The translations under genes were made by a program, and so were the position numbers. A model generated the notes under the pieces. That model ran no database searches and was not told the DNA's origin. It saw only the letters and a list, made by a program, of their open reading frames with translations. This document shows, in pieces, positions 52,398 to 64,000 of a stretch of DNA of 64,000 bases (position 1 is the first letter of the stretch; each line of letters opens with the position of its first letter). Where the stretch lies: IMG/VR virus record IMGVR_UViG_2880152234_000004, positions 77,871-141,870 of that record. One strand, given 5' to 3'. Source of the DNA: a virus. Its lineage: Duplodnaviria; Caudoviricetes.

Positions 52398-54565
52398 AAT
52401 CTGTCTCCTTTTAAAATCTTATTCATGTTTTTCCTGTTCAAATAAAGGCTGAGGAAATACAGAATAATCATCTCAATTCCAATGAACAATACAATCAAGC
52501 CTATTAATTCATAGATTTTATAATAAATAATAAAGCAGATTCCGATCAGACAGTTAGATACAGTCGACAATATGATTAAGCTCTTATTTCTAGCCCAGTA
52601 TGAATATCCAAATATCTCTTTAAGGTAAAGTCGATACGCATTTGCACTGTAGTATGACCATATATAAGAGATAAGGAAGGCTACTGACAATATGAGTGTT
52701 ATAGTTAATCCAATTAGATTCTGGATGAACTGATTTTGAATTCGTGCTATTTGGTCGCTTAATTCTTGATAGACTGATATCGCAGAACCAATCAGCTCTC
52801 TTGTATCTGTTTTATCTAAGTAAGGGATGATGTGGTCATATGCCATACCTTTTGAGGTATCAGAAAAGAATAAACTTGAGGTTGCATATGCACCTATAAC
52901 TGATGAATCAACATTATCAGTGAATACAGTTGCAATTGGATCAACAATATTGTTTTTATTGTTGCCGAGCGTACTGTTATAAGTGAAGTATTCTTGATTA
53001 TTTTGTGTAAATATTATATTGATTTCCAACTGATCTTTTTCCAGTGTATTTAATGGATGCTGGATTTCTTTGTTATACATATTGTCTACTTCAACCTTAT
53101 CAAAGAAAAATTGATCTTTGTAAGCTTTGAGGATTTTTTCTTTATACTTAGCGTATTTTTTTGGAACAAGTAAATTCAATGTGTTTTGATCGAGAGTTAA
53201 TTGTTTTTCAGTAATCGTTTTTCCGTTAACTCCTTTAATGGTGTTTACTTTTAAATAATTAGGACTGATCGTTACGCTTCTTCCCGATGGTGAATAAATT
53301 TCATTTTCTTTGGTTGTATTCAATGTATAGAAATAAACTGGAGTTTTCCCATTCATTTTCAGTATTCCATAGTTTTGAGCATCCATTATAAACGCATCTT
53401 TATGTCTTTCTAATTCATGATAAAGCTTTCGTACCTTCTCGTTTTTTTCTCTATCAATTTTTAAATCACTGTAGTTCAAACCTGTATTAGCAAAACTGGT
53501 TTTATAAACTGTTTGTGTCTTATTCCAGTAAGATTGATTGTCTAGCCGTTGTTTTAAATCGAACAAATTAGAGAGGGATGAAGCAAAAATATTAAAAAGT
53601 AGGATTGTCACAATTAACTTAAAACCCAATGACAGCCATTGAAACTTTTTAAATGGTATGCCGCCTTTTATCGTGGCGCTTATATTGCTGTTGTTATATA
53701 AAATCAAAGTAACAATAATTGTGTATATCATCATTGAGAATGTCACAATCAGTGCATTTCGCATGTACATTTTAACGTACACTGATAACCAGTCGTTTAG
53801 GTTGAATATAAAAGCCAGAATTACAATAAGAAGGGCGCCGCAAATTATAATCATAACAAGTGGTTTTAAAAACATTTTTGGGAAAGTTAACAGCGATTTG
53901 GTTTTTGAATATCCCCATAGCTTCTGTAAGAGAAGTTGCTTGCGATTCTTAATTACGAAATAAAGTATGCCAATAAATAAGATTAACATGGAAAGCAAAG
54001 CTAACAAGAGTAATGCGGTGCTGAACACAGCAGAGTCATTTAAACTGATGTTTTCTTCCATACTAACATTGCCATAGTCTGAGAATAGCTTTTTAGCTTG
54101 TTCAATTACATCTTCATCCTCGGATGAAATATAAAATCTATTTCCTAACCCTACGTTGTTTATTTGGTTTAAATTGAAGTATCTAATTTTCCATGTTGAT
54201 AAAGGGAAATCAATAGTACCAATCAAATTTTCATCTGATCCATTTGCTGTTTTATTGAAATTAGATATGAACCTATCTCCTATTTTGATTGAAGGTTCAT
54301 TCTTAAGGTTTGAAGCGTAGATATTTAAGGTCTTCTCGTCTAAAAAATTGTATTGAGTAATATTCACGTTTTCTTTTTTTGAAAATTCAGCTATTTTCTT
54401 AATGAAATCATCATTTTTAAAGTGTGCTTTGTTGTAATTAATAATTAAAGTTTGTTTATTAGAGAATAAAGTATAAAAAACTTGCTTATTCAAAGTATAG
54501 TGATAGCTGGATATGTTCATTGAGAGTAAAAATAGAATGAACAATATATAAATCGTTTTCTTCAT
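52394..54565 (-). CDS. Bacteriocin-associated ABC permease (DUF1430-type)
   Basis: Multi-TM, duplicated K..GYS motifs; ATG 54565 with GGAGG RBS. Confidence 0.82.
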   Translation of the reverse strand: MKKTIYILFILFLLSMNISSYHYTLNKQVFYTLFSNKQTLIINYNKAHFKNDDFIKKIAEFSKKENVNITQYNFLDEKTLNIYASNLKNEPSIKIGDRFISNFNKTANGSDENLIGTIDFPLSTWKIRYFNLNQINNVGLGNRFYISSEDEDVIEQAKKLFSDYGNVSMEENISLNDSAVFSTALLLLALLSMLILFIGILYFVIKNRKQLLLQKLWGYSKTKSLLTFPKMFLKPLVMIIICGALLIVILAFIFNLNDWLSVYVKMYMRNALIVTFSMMIYTIIVTLILYNNSNISATIKGGIPFKKFQWLSLGFKLIVTILLFNIFASSLSNLFDLKQRLDNQSYWNKTQTVYKTSFANTGLNYSDLKIDREKNEKVRKLYHELERHKDAFIMDAQNYGILKMNGKTPVYFYTLNTTKENEIYSPSGRSVTISPNYLKVNTIKGVNGKTITEKQLTLDQNTLNLLVPKKYAKYKEKILKAYKDQFFFDKVEVDNMYNKEIQHPLNTLEKDQLEINIIFTQNNQEYFTYNSTLGNNKNNIVDPIATVFTDNVDSSVIGAYATSSLFFSDTSKGMAYDHIIPYLDKTDTRELIGSAISVYQELSDQIARIQNQFIQNLIGLTITLILSVAFLISYIWSYYSANAYRLYLKEIFGYSYWARNKSLIILSTVSNCLIGICFIIYYKIYELIGLIVLFIGIEMIILYFLSLYLNRKNMNKILKGDRL

Positions 54566-54579
54566 TGGATAGCCTCCAT

Positions 54580-54623
54580 AAAAAAAATCCGGTGCCTTAT
54601 ATTCAAGTTTTGACGGCACCGGA
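54580..54623 (-). terminator. Terminator/attenuator between bacteriocin gene and transporter
   Basis: TCCGGTGCC/GGCACCGGA stem, U8 on minus strand. Confidence 0.8.
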
Positions 54624-54657
54624 AGATAGATTAGAGATCTCTTTGTTATTGTCTGTT

Positions 54658-55023
54658 TTATTTCGTATCCCAAAAAGCCCTATTTCCCCAAAGAGTTGTA
54701 TACACTGAAGCGTAGGTATACCCTTCATCTTTTTTCTTCCATTTAGATGAAAAGTACCTTTCTCCGCCAGCCGCTGCACTTGATTTGTGAGTCTTTTTAG
54801 TATGATTGTAATTGGATTTAGTTTGCCCACCTTCGAAACCATGATACCAAGTACCGCCACCCGCTTTTTCTTTAGTCAATTTCATGACTTGTATTAAATC
54901 CCTTGTTTCATCCAAGTTAACTTCTCCGTGTGTAGCCTCATCTGAAGAACTAGCAAAAACGACAGAAGATGATACTAGTAAAGTAGCTCCCAACACCATT
55001 GAAGCAAAAACCTTCTTTTTCAA
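54658..55023 (-). CDS. Lactococcin 972-family bacteriocin precursor
   Basis: Signal peptide; GGGTWYHG..SNYNH...H.SS...GNRAFW signature. Confidence 0.88.
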   Translation of the reverse strand: MKKKVFASMVLGATLLVSSSVVFASSSDEATHGEVNLDETRDLIQVMKLTKEKAGGGTWYHGFEGGQTKSNYNHTKKTHKSSAAAGGERYFSSKWKKKDEGYTYASVYTTLWGNRAFWDTK

Positions 55024-55430
55024 TATAACCTCTCCTTTTTGTTTTCACAAGAAAATATACTGCATTCTTTCTTGTCAAGTATGAGTATTACACTTAAAAA
55101 ATTATGTCACTTCGTGTTGAAAAGACCTTCAATACCAACATGACGAACCACGAAAAAAACTGATTATGTTACCATATCCCCCCTTCTCAAACACCCAATA
55201 TAAGGAAGTATTGGGTTTATTTGATCATACAATGACTTTTAACCTTTTTCAAGTTCAAATTCCCATGAGATTAGTAAGCGAAGACATAAGGTGATGTAAG
55301 CGTGGAAAGTTGAGAGTTAAATAACTTTTTCGCTCAAATCAGGGATAGATATGCATCATATAGTTATAGAGGAAAAGAAAAAAACCACTCTTGATTAACA
55401 GAGTGACTTTATGAATGTGTTCTATATAAA

Positions 55431-55458
55431 ACTCTTTAAAATGTGAATTTTATTTAGA
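55431..55458. repeat. 28-bp palindromic site copy 7 (ACTCTTTAAAA tgtgaa TTTTATTTAGA)
   Basis: Dispersed family; adjacent to the stop of the 78-aa gene. Confidence 0.65.
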
Positions 55459-55459
55459 A

Positions 55460-55696
55460 TCACCCCCTAATAACTATGTATATAAACCTTAATTTCTTTC
55501 TAATAACAAAAATATAAATTTGTTGTACAGCAATAATGAGCAGTAGAAGGATTATTACCCATACATTAATGTTCAGGTTAAGCAAAAATGTTCCGATGGC
55601 TGGGAATAATTTAGGAAACATAGCAATTAATATATCTTTGATTTCACCAATAGTAGCGATGATTAGTGATAAAATTGCGATTTGTGTTTGATCCAT
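55460..55696 (-). CDS. Small membrane protein of unknown function
   Basis: 78 aa hydrophobic, basic C-terminus; GAGGA RBS. Confidence 0.65.
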   Translation of the reverse strand: MDQTQIAILSLIIATIGEIKDILIAMFPKLFPAIGTFLLNLNINVWVIILLLLIIAVQQIYIFVIRKKLRFIYIVIRG

Positions 55697-56282
55697 TATT
55701 CTTTCCTCCTATAATTCTCATTAGAATTTTATTGAGAGTTAAGTGCAACCTTACTCACAAACATTATAGATAGTTAGTTGAGATATTTAACAACGCTGTG
55801 GAAGCCTTGTTTATCCCAGAATTACTCACCCCTCTCTAATAGCCTCAATAGATAATACCGTCGACTTTTGCTAATCGCACAATACAGCGAAAAAATTTTC
55901 CGTCATTATTAGTTGCGTATAGACTTTCCAAGACGGACAACCATTCATTTGAACTTCTACCTACACTTATAAAATGGGTATAGTAACGGTCATTGACATC
56001 GAATTTAAAAATAAATTTCTCCCATCATAATATAACTGCGTAGCGACCTCCGGAATGGCACAACCTTTTCATAAATAACTGCATATAAACTTTGAAAAAC
56101 GGACACTTTTCGCTGGAATTTTTTCGTCCTCACTTATAGATGCGTAAATACTACGGAAAATGGACAAAAAAATCCCCCGTCTTTAAAGACGAGGTCGGAA
56201 TCATGTTAAAATTCATTTTATTTTATTATAAACTCGTTATATTCGCCAACATGTATACCGTTCTAACAAGACTTTCCACTCC

Positions 56283-56686
56283 TCAACTCTTATATTGATT
56301 TTTAAAGGTTAAGTGTTTAATTCCCTGATCCTTAAAAACTTGACGAATATAAGGTGGAGAATAATCGTAAGCCCGACTAATTTCCTTCAAGCTCATTTTC
56401 TTATTGAAATGTAGATCATAAAGGAAAGCAAAGTCCTTAGATCGTCTACGCTTAGACAACTCCTGAAATGAAAGCTTGTCCACATTTTGAGCTTTAAATA
56501 AATCTAAAATAATCCAATCAGAAATATTTAGTTTCTTAGAAATCTCTCCTACAGTTTTAAGCTCTTCAAAATGCATTTTCTTGATCTCATTAAATCGCTC
56601 TAAATATCGCTGCCATACGTATTCATGCTGACGTTGAGGCTGGGGGATATCAAGTTGGGAAGTAACATAAAAGTTAAAACCTTGTT
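56283..56686 (-). CDS. Tandem-HTH protein; frame open to the att junction (probably the 3' part of a split gene)
   Basis: Two LHF...S..EIS....S...I...F..QG-like repeats; no SD before ATG 56576; 38 open codons upstream. Confidence 0.6.
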
Positions 56687-56695
56687 CTTGACGAG
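56680..56695. other. Prophage-host att junction inside spoVK
   Basis: SpoVK translation follows the known protein to AIDTLVK (AAG 56689-56687), then diverges (NKVLTF instead of HMED). Confidence 0.85.
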
Positions 56696-57241
56696 CGTGT
56701 CGATCGCTTCTTTCCCAAAGTCCTTTTCTCCGCCTCTCGCCAGCGAGTAGGCTTCGTCTATAAACAAAATGCCGCCTAATGACTTTTTGATCAAATCTCT
56801 CGTTTTTTGGGCGGTGTGCCCGATATATTCCCCTACCAGATCAGCCCGCTCCGCTTCTATCAGGTGGCCTTTTGACAGGACATTCATTTCAAAGAACAGC
56901 CTGCCGATCAGCCGCGCAACCGTTGTTTTTCCTGTTCCCGGATTTCCTTTAAACATCATGTGCAGCGCTTGCTTCCCCACCTTCAAGCCTTGCTCTGCGC
57001 GTTTTTGGTTCACAAAAATCCAGGCGTATATTTCCTTGATATTGCGTTTCATTTCCTCCATCCCAACTAGTGCGCTCATCTCTTTTTCGATTTCCTTTAA
57101 AATGCCGTGCTTCGCTTCGTTTTTTTGCAATGCAGCTTGATATTCCGCCTCTGCCTCAGCATTCGTCAGCACCTGCTTTTGTCCGTTAAGAATAATGTTG
57201 ATCTGTCCGTTGTTTTTATATGTCACAGCGCGCTCCAACAT
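56687..57241 (-). pseudogene. spoVK: 5' fragment (~185 codons) of sporulation AAA+ ATPase gene interrupted by prophage
   Basis: MLERAVTYKNNG, GNPGTGKTT, LFIDEAY; reads on 28 phage-encoded codons to TAG at 56600. Confidence 0.95.
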
Positions 57242-58027
57242 TTTCACCTCTCTATTCTCTCTATATGATATTCAAGCGGATGCCCTTTGTGACAAACGCC
57301 TATCATGTGTCGAAACAATTGCTTTTATAGGGAATGCTAAGGAATCTTGGGCTTTCCCGAGAAATACTTTATTTCTTATTGTATTCACGGACATGGGGTG
57401 GACAAACCAAGAGATTTTATTTTTAACAATTTTGTAAGGCACACTGGAGATATAATGATATGCCTTTGGCCTATAACCCTTATAACTATCACGTCTCTAT
57501 AATTCCTTGACAGACACTTCCTATACCGCTCATTTTTAACAGCTCAAACGAATCTGTCATCGGAAGCCCTCCTGAAGCGGTGTTCAGTGTCATTTGTATA
57601 CTTCTTTTGCATAACATAACGCTTTCGCATTTGAACAGGAACCGAGCCAAAACACCTGTCCATCTATGGACTGTGGTTTATTTTCCTCCTCATTCAGCCT
57701 ATAAATACCGAGAGATGTCTTCAGCGACACACCTTCCTTTTTTCCTGTCAGCAGATGTAAGGAGCTATGTGCATACGTTTTATGTTTCACATGCCTGGCG
57801 CAACACCGGAGATCAGGCGGCATCAGCGAGATCATAATACTTACAAACACATGACAGGTTCACAGGTTTCATTCAGATTGAATCTGCTGTCGCTTCATGT
57901 GGAATTGTGCGCTTTCCCGAGAAATAATTTCCGCATGCGAAAGGGTTATTTCCTCATTTTACATACGAATGATAATCGTACAAGCATCTGCCGTGTTTTT
58001 TCATATCCTGTAATGAGGTGATAGAGA

Positions 58028-58795
58028 ATGGTTAAAATTTTTATTGACCCTGGCCATGGCGGCTCTGACTCAGGCGCAACAGGGAATGGCCTTCAAGAAA
58101 AAACGTTAACCCTGCAAATCGCTTTTGCTTTGCGTACGATATTGACTAATGAGTATGAAGGCGTTTCTTTGCTGTTGAGCCGGACAAGCGACCAGTATGT
58201 CAGCTTAAGCGATCGGACAAACGCTGCAAATAACTGGGGAGCAGATTTCTTTTTGTCCATTCACATTAATGCCGGGGGAGGCACAGGTTTTGAAAGCTAT
58301 ATTTACCCGGGCGTGGGAGCCCCGACGACGACGTACCAATCGGCGGTTCACTCTGAAGTGATACAAGCTGTCGACTTTGCAGACCGCGGCAAAAAAACAG
58401 CGAACTTCCACGTCCTAAGGGAGTCTGCAATGCCTGCCCTATTAACTGAGAATGGGTTTATTGATACCGTTGCAGATGCAAATAAGCTGAAAACGAGCAG
58501 TTTTATTCAAAGCTTGGCGAGAGGCCATGCAAACGGATTGGAGCAAGCCTTTCATCTTAAAAAGACATCCGGCTCAGGATTATATAAGGTTCAAATCGGC
58601 GCATTTAAAGTAAAAGCGAATGCAGACTCACTCGCTAATCGTGCCGAAGCTAAAGGTTTTGACACGATTGTCCTTTTAAAGGACGGATTCTATAAAGTAC
58701 AGATTGGCGCATTTTCATCCAAAGCCAATGCAGATGACCTTGCTGCCAGAGCAAATAGTGCAGGCTTCGACGCGATTGTCATTCTAGAATCATAA
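58028..58795 (+). CDS. cwlC: Mother-cell lysis amidase (Amidase_3 + SPOR repeats)
   Basis: 255 aa; IDPGHGG, SIHINAG, two YKVQIGAF repeats. Confidence 0.96.
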   Translation: MVKIFIDPGHGGSDSGATGNGLQEKTLTLQIAFALRTILTNEYEGVSLLLSRTSDQYVSLSDRTNAANNWGADFFLSIHINAGGGTGFESYIYPGVGAPTTTYQSAVHSEVIQAVDFADRGKKTANFHVLRESAMPALLTENGFIDTVADANKLKTSSFIQSLARGHANGLEQAFHLKKTSGSGLYKVQIGAFKVKANADSLANRAEAKGFDTIVLLKDGFYKVQIGAFSSKANADDLAARANSAGFDAIVILES

Positions 58796-58817
58796 TCAAG
58801 ACACAGACGAGCGTCTC

Positions 58818-58859
58818 AAAAAAACCCCGGCTCCTCATTACGAGAAACCGGGGTTTTTT
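58818..58859. terminator. Bidirectional terminator cwlC/ymaB
   Basis: AAAAAAACCCCGG...CCGGGGTTTTTT. Confidence 0.9.
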
Positions 58860-59478
58860 ATACTAGAATATCAACAACAAATTGGGACCATGTTTCCAGA
58901 CGGTTATAGATCTCGTCCTGTTTTAATTCAGAGACTTTCATCCATTTTCCTGCAATTTGCTCCTTTTCTTTCACTTCCACTTGTGAGCCTGGCTTTAATT
59001 GAAGCGCAGAAAGAATACCGATATGCACTTTGCCGACACTGTTTTCATCATCATTAATCAATCCCAGTGTGACAATCGCCTGTTTATCCTCTTCGTTGAT
59101 TTGCAGTTCTTCCTCAAGCTCGCGATCTGTGTTCAGCTTTAAGACTTCAGCAAATGAGGCTGCTCCTTCGATGGAGTTCATATGCCCTCCAAAGCCGAGA
59201 GAAAGCTTATTGTGCAGACGTGATTCTCCTCCGCCAGCCAGCCGCTCGTAAAGGAAAACTTCATCTTCTCGCTTAATGACGACATAAGGAATTGGCTGCT
59301 TATAATCCGGATTTTCTTCTGCGTCTCCCCTTCTCATTTCACGATAGCCTGTTTCGATCTGAGCCATGATTTCTGTTACTCTGCTATCTTCACTGTTCAC
59401 ACCCTGAAAGGTTAAGCGTTCCTTCTTAAACACGTCATCGCGCGGGGCGACCAAAATGATTTCGTCCATCTTTCCCAT
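58858..59478 (-). CDS. ymaB: NUDIX-like protein
   Basis: RELEEE Nudix-like box; ATG 59478 gives 206 aa; synteny. Confidence 0.9.
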   Translation of the reverse strand: MGKMDEIILVAPRDDVFKKERLTFQGVNSEDSRVTEIMAQIETGYREMRRGDAEENPDYKQPIPYVVIKREDEVFLYERLAGGGESRLHNKLSLGFGGHMNSIEGAASFAEVLKLNTDRELEEELQINEEDKQAIVTLGLINDDENSVGKVHIGILSALQLKPGSQVEVKEKEQIAGKWMKVSELKQDEIYNRLETWSQFVVDILV

Positions 59479-59611
59479 GATTGCTGCGTCCTCCTCATTC
59501 ATTCAAGCCGAAAAGAGCAGATATTAGATCTGCTCAGGCTGTCGAGAAAATCTCGACAGCTTTTTCGAAAAATCAATTGTGCAATAATATAGATGTTTCA
59601 TTCTGAATTGA

Positions 59612-59627
59612 ACACTAAATATCGTGT
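59612..59627. promoter_or_regulatory. NrdR-like box upstream of ymaB
   Basis: ACACTAAATATCGTGT vs consensus acaCwAtATaTwGtgt; weak partner at 59580-59595. Confidence 0.5.
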
Positions 59628-59712
59628 ATCGGTAGATTAAAAATTAAAAAATGAGGGCTTCTTTGACACCATGTCTTTTAAGCCCCCACTTTCTCTTTAA
59701 TCTGAGTAGATA

Positions 59713-60702
59713 TTAGATCTGCTCTTTTTCATCTCCAAAATAAAAGTCATCGTCTTTGAGCGGCTCAACTGTCGCTTTTTTATAGCCGTTCCCCTTCATA
59801 GAGAAGAAGTCATGCGATTTTGTTTTTGTATTTAATCCGTTTAAAACGATCGGATTAATATCTTCTTCTTCAAAGAATGGCTCAAATCCAAGGTTCATGA
59901 GCGCTTTATTGGCATTATAGCGGATAAATTTCTTCACATCGTGTGAAAGTCCGACTTGATCGTACAAGTCCTCTGTATACTCAAGCTCATTTTCATATAA
60001 CTCATTCAGAAGGTTGATCGAAAATTCGCGTAGCTCTGCTTTTTTCTCTTCTGTCTGCTTATGATAGATTTCCTGAGCAAGGAGACCCACATAAACGCCG
60101 TGGATCGCTTCATCACGAAGAATCAGGTTGATGATTTCACCGCTTTGCATCAGTTTCCCTTGTCCATAGAAATATAACGGATAATAGAAACCGCTGTAGA
60201 AAAGGAAACTTTCGAGATAGACGGAAGCAACCATCGCTTTGAACAAAGAGATTTCATCATCTTTTTGAATGGCTTTGTAAAGGCCGACGATGACTTGCGC
60301 TTTTTTCTGCAAATATTTATTTTGCTTAACCCATTCGAATACTTCATTAATCGTTTCAGTCGGTGCCAGGGTCATGAAAATATTAGAGTACGACTTCGCA
60401 TGGACAGCGTTCTCCATCATCGCCATAAAGTTCAGCACCGCTTTCCGCTGGTGGCCGTCTACGTGTTCAGCCACGATCGGCATCCCCGTATTCCCCTGCT
60501 CTGTATCAAGAAGAGTCAGTCCGGCCAGTACCTTCATATAAGTGTCCTGCTCGTTTTTTCCAAGGTACTTCCATGTGAGGAGATCGCCGTTTAAAGCAAT
60601 CTCTTCCGGAAGCCAGAACTGTTTCACATTTTGGTTATAGAACATTTGGGTAAAATCATCTTCATGCTTTGACCAGTTTGCTGCGTCATAAATTTTTGTC
60701 AC
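59713..60702 (-). CDS. nrdF: Class Ib ribonucleotide reductase beta subunit
   Basis: GTG 60702 gives 329 aa; [15 protein letters not shown]. Confidence 0.97.
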   Translation of the reverse strand: MTKIYDAANWSKHEDDFTQMFYNQNVKQFWLPEEIALNGDLLTWKYLGKNEQDTYMKVLAGLTLLDTEQGNTGMPIVAEHVDGHQRKAVLNFMAMMENAVHAKSYSNIFMTLAPTETINEVFEWVKQNKYLQKKAQVIVGLYKAIQKDDEISLFKAMVASVYLESFLFYSGFYYPLYFYGQGKLMQSGEIINLILRDEAIHGVYVGLLAQEIYHKQTEEKKAELREFSINLLNELYENELEYTEDLYDQVGLSHDVKKFIRYNANKALMNLGFEPFFEEEDINPIVLNGLNTKTKSHDFFSMKGNGYKKATVEPLKDDDFYFGDEKEQI

Positions 60703-60719
60703 TATAAACTCTCCTTTAA

Positions 60720-63177
<2,458 letters not shown>

Positions 63178-63217
63178 TTATCACGACCTATCAAAAAATA
63201 TGAATCTCTCATCACTA

Positions 63218-63266
63218 ACACTATATATAGTATACTATCCTCTAACAAAAACACAACATATAGATT
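63218..63266. promoter_or_regulatory. Tandem NrdR boxes upstream of nrdI
   Basis: ACACTATATATAGTAT 63218-63233 and ACACAACATATAGATT 63251-63266. Confidence 0.75.
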
Positions 63267-63417
63267 TGTTTTTATGAAAAATTCATATTTTGATCAAATC
63301 AGGCAAATAGGCAGGCTCATTAGGGCCCAAAAAAGAGAGCAGAACGAGAATGGTCTCTCGTCCTACTCGGGGTGTCGTTTTTAAGCCGATGTATATCATA
63401 ACATGAAAAAAAACTGC

Positions 63418-63648
63418 TTAGTAGTCTAGATTTTTTTTTCTTAAGCTATCACAGCATTTTTCACTCTCTACTGTTTCTTCTATTTCAACATCCGCACCGA
63501 TTTCTTCTAATACCGCCTTCAATGCGCTGATAATTGACGCTTCTCTAATTAATTCTTTTCCGTTCACAATGATGCTTGTTCCATACTCATAGCAAGAATC
63601 ATCTTCGCAGATTTCTTCCCAATGATTCACGATCACTTTATGCTTCAT
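63418..63648 (-). CDS. ymzA: Small acidic protein
   Basis: 76 aa, synteny upstream of nrdI. Confidence 0.82.
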   Translation of the reverse strand: MKHKVIVNHWEEICEDDSCYEYGTSIIVNGKELIREASIISALKAVLEEIGADVEIEETVESEKCCDSLRKKNLDY

Positions 63649-63727
63649 TTTTTCACCCTCTGTTTGATCTGTCTGTATTTAGTTTAGCGGGAAGCATTCG
63701 CTTTGTAAATTCGGATGCTTGTGAAAT

Positions 63728-64000
63728 TTATTCAAGCTCATAATCAGAGTATTCTTTCTTCAGCTTTACCTCATTGCGGGACTCATCATACTCATAAATT
63801 TTGATATAGCCGTCCTCCATAACACCAAAATGATTATGCTCAAGAGGAAACGTGGTCGGCTGAGGCGTTTCATAACCTGAATTGCCGCTGTCTGTTTCGA
63901 TGATGGTATCTTGATTCCCGCACGCCCCGAACAGCAAAAATACAGCTATCCACACAAGCGCTATCCTGATTCGTCTCAGTTCTGTCTCACTTTCAAACAA
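63728..64000 (-). CDS. ymzC: YmzC-family lipoprotein-like protein
   Basis: 90 aa, TTG at window edge, synteny. Confidence 0.8.
   Translation of the reverse strand: MFESETELRRIRIALVWIAVFLLFGACGNQDTIIETDSGNSGYETPQPTTFPLEHNHFGVMEDGYIKIYEYDESRNEVKLKKEYSDYELE

Noticed and set aside
55845-56025. Minus-strand ~58-codon open frame (WEKFIFKFDVNDRYY...)
   Set aside because: No in-frame start with RBS and no recognisable motif; may be a remnant but cannot be supported
56207-56226. 28-bp site near the prophage end
   Set aside because: Spacing between TAAAA and TTTTAT is 4, not 6
57195-58021. Short ORFs in the spoVK-cwlC intergenic region
   Set aside because: No RBS or motifs, mutually overlapping; the region holds divergent sporulation promoters

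Overview
Positions 1 to ~56,686 are the right-hand half of an SPbeta-like (Spbetavirus) prophage. Positions ~56,687-64,000 are chromosome of a Bacillus subtilis-group host (spoVK 5' part, cwlC, ymaB, nrdIEF, ymzA, ymzC). The prophage is inserted inside the sporulation gene spoVK. It carries the whole late operon (yonK to the tape measure/lysin CwlP, tail tip, depolymerase, endolysin, holins) plus variable cargo: two DUF4238 candidate defence genes, a YomJ-like membrane protein, a beta-propeller moron, RapK-PhrK where SPbeta has sublancin, UvrX/YolD with SOS boxes, a BsrH/BsrE-type type I TA, an LXG-HNH toxin with SMI1/KNR4 immunity genes, YokF nuclease, a Sec-exported HNH toxin with an acidic pro-region, and a lactococcin-972-like cluster. 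The most notable unannotated signals are: (i) a dispersed 28-bp 11-6-11 palindrome (TYTRGWTAAAA-N6-TTTTATNYARA) at module boundaries, one copy abutting the stop codon of the tyrosine recombinase YomM; (ii) a phage reading frame open right up to the spoVK junction, suggesting integration splits a phage HTH-repeat gene as well as the host gene; (iii) a multi-branch structured RNA with anti-Shine-Dalgarno-like loops ahead of the late operon. Gene names come from recall of B. subtilis 168/SPbeta proteins and synteny, not from database searches. Motif scans were done by eye and are not exhaustive.
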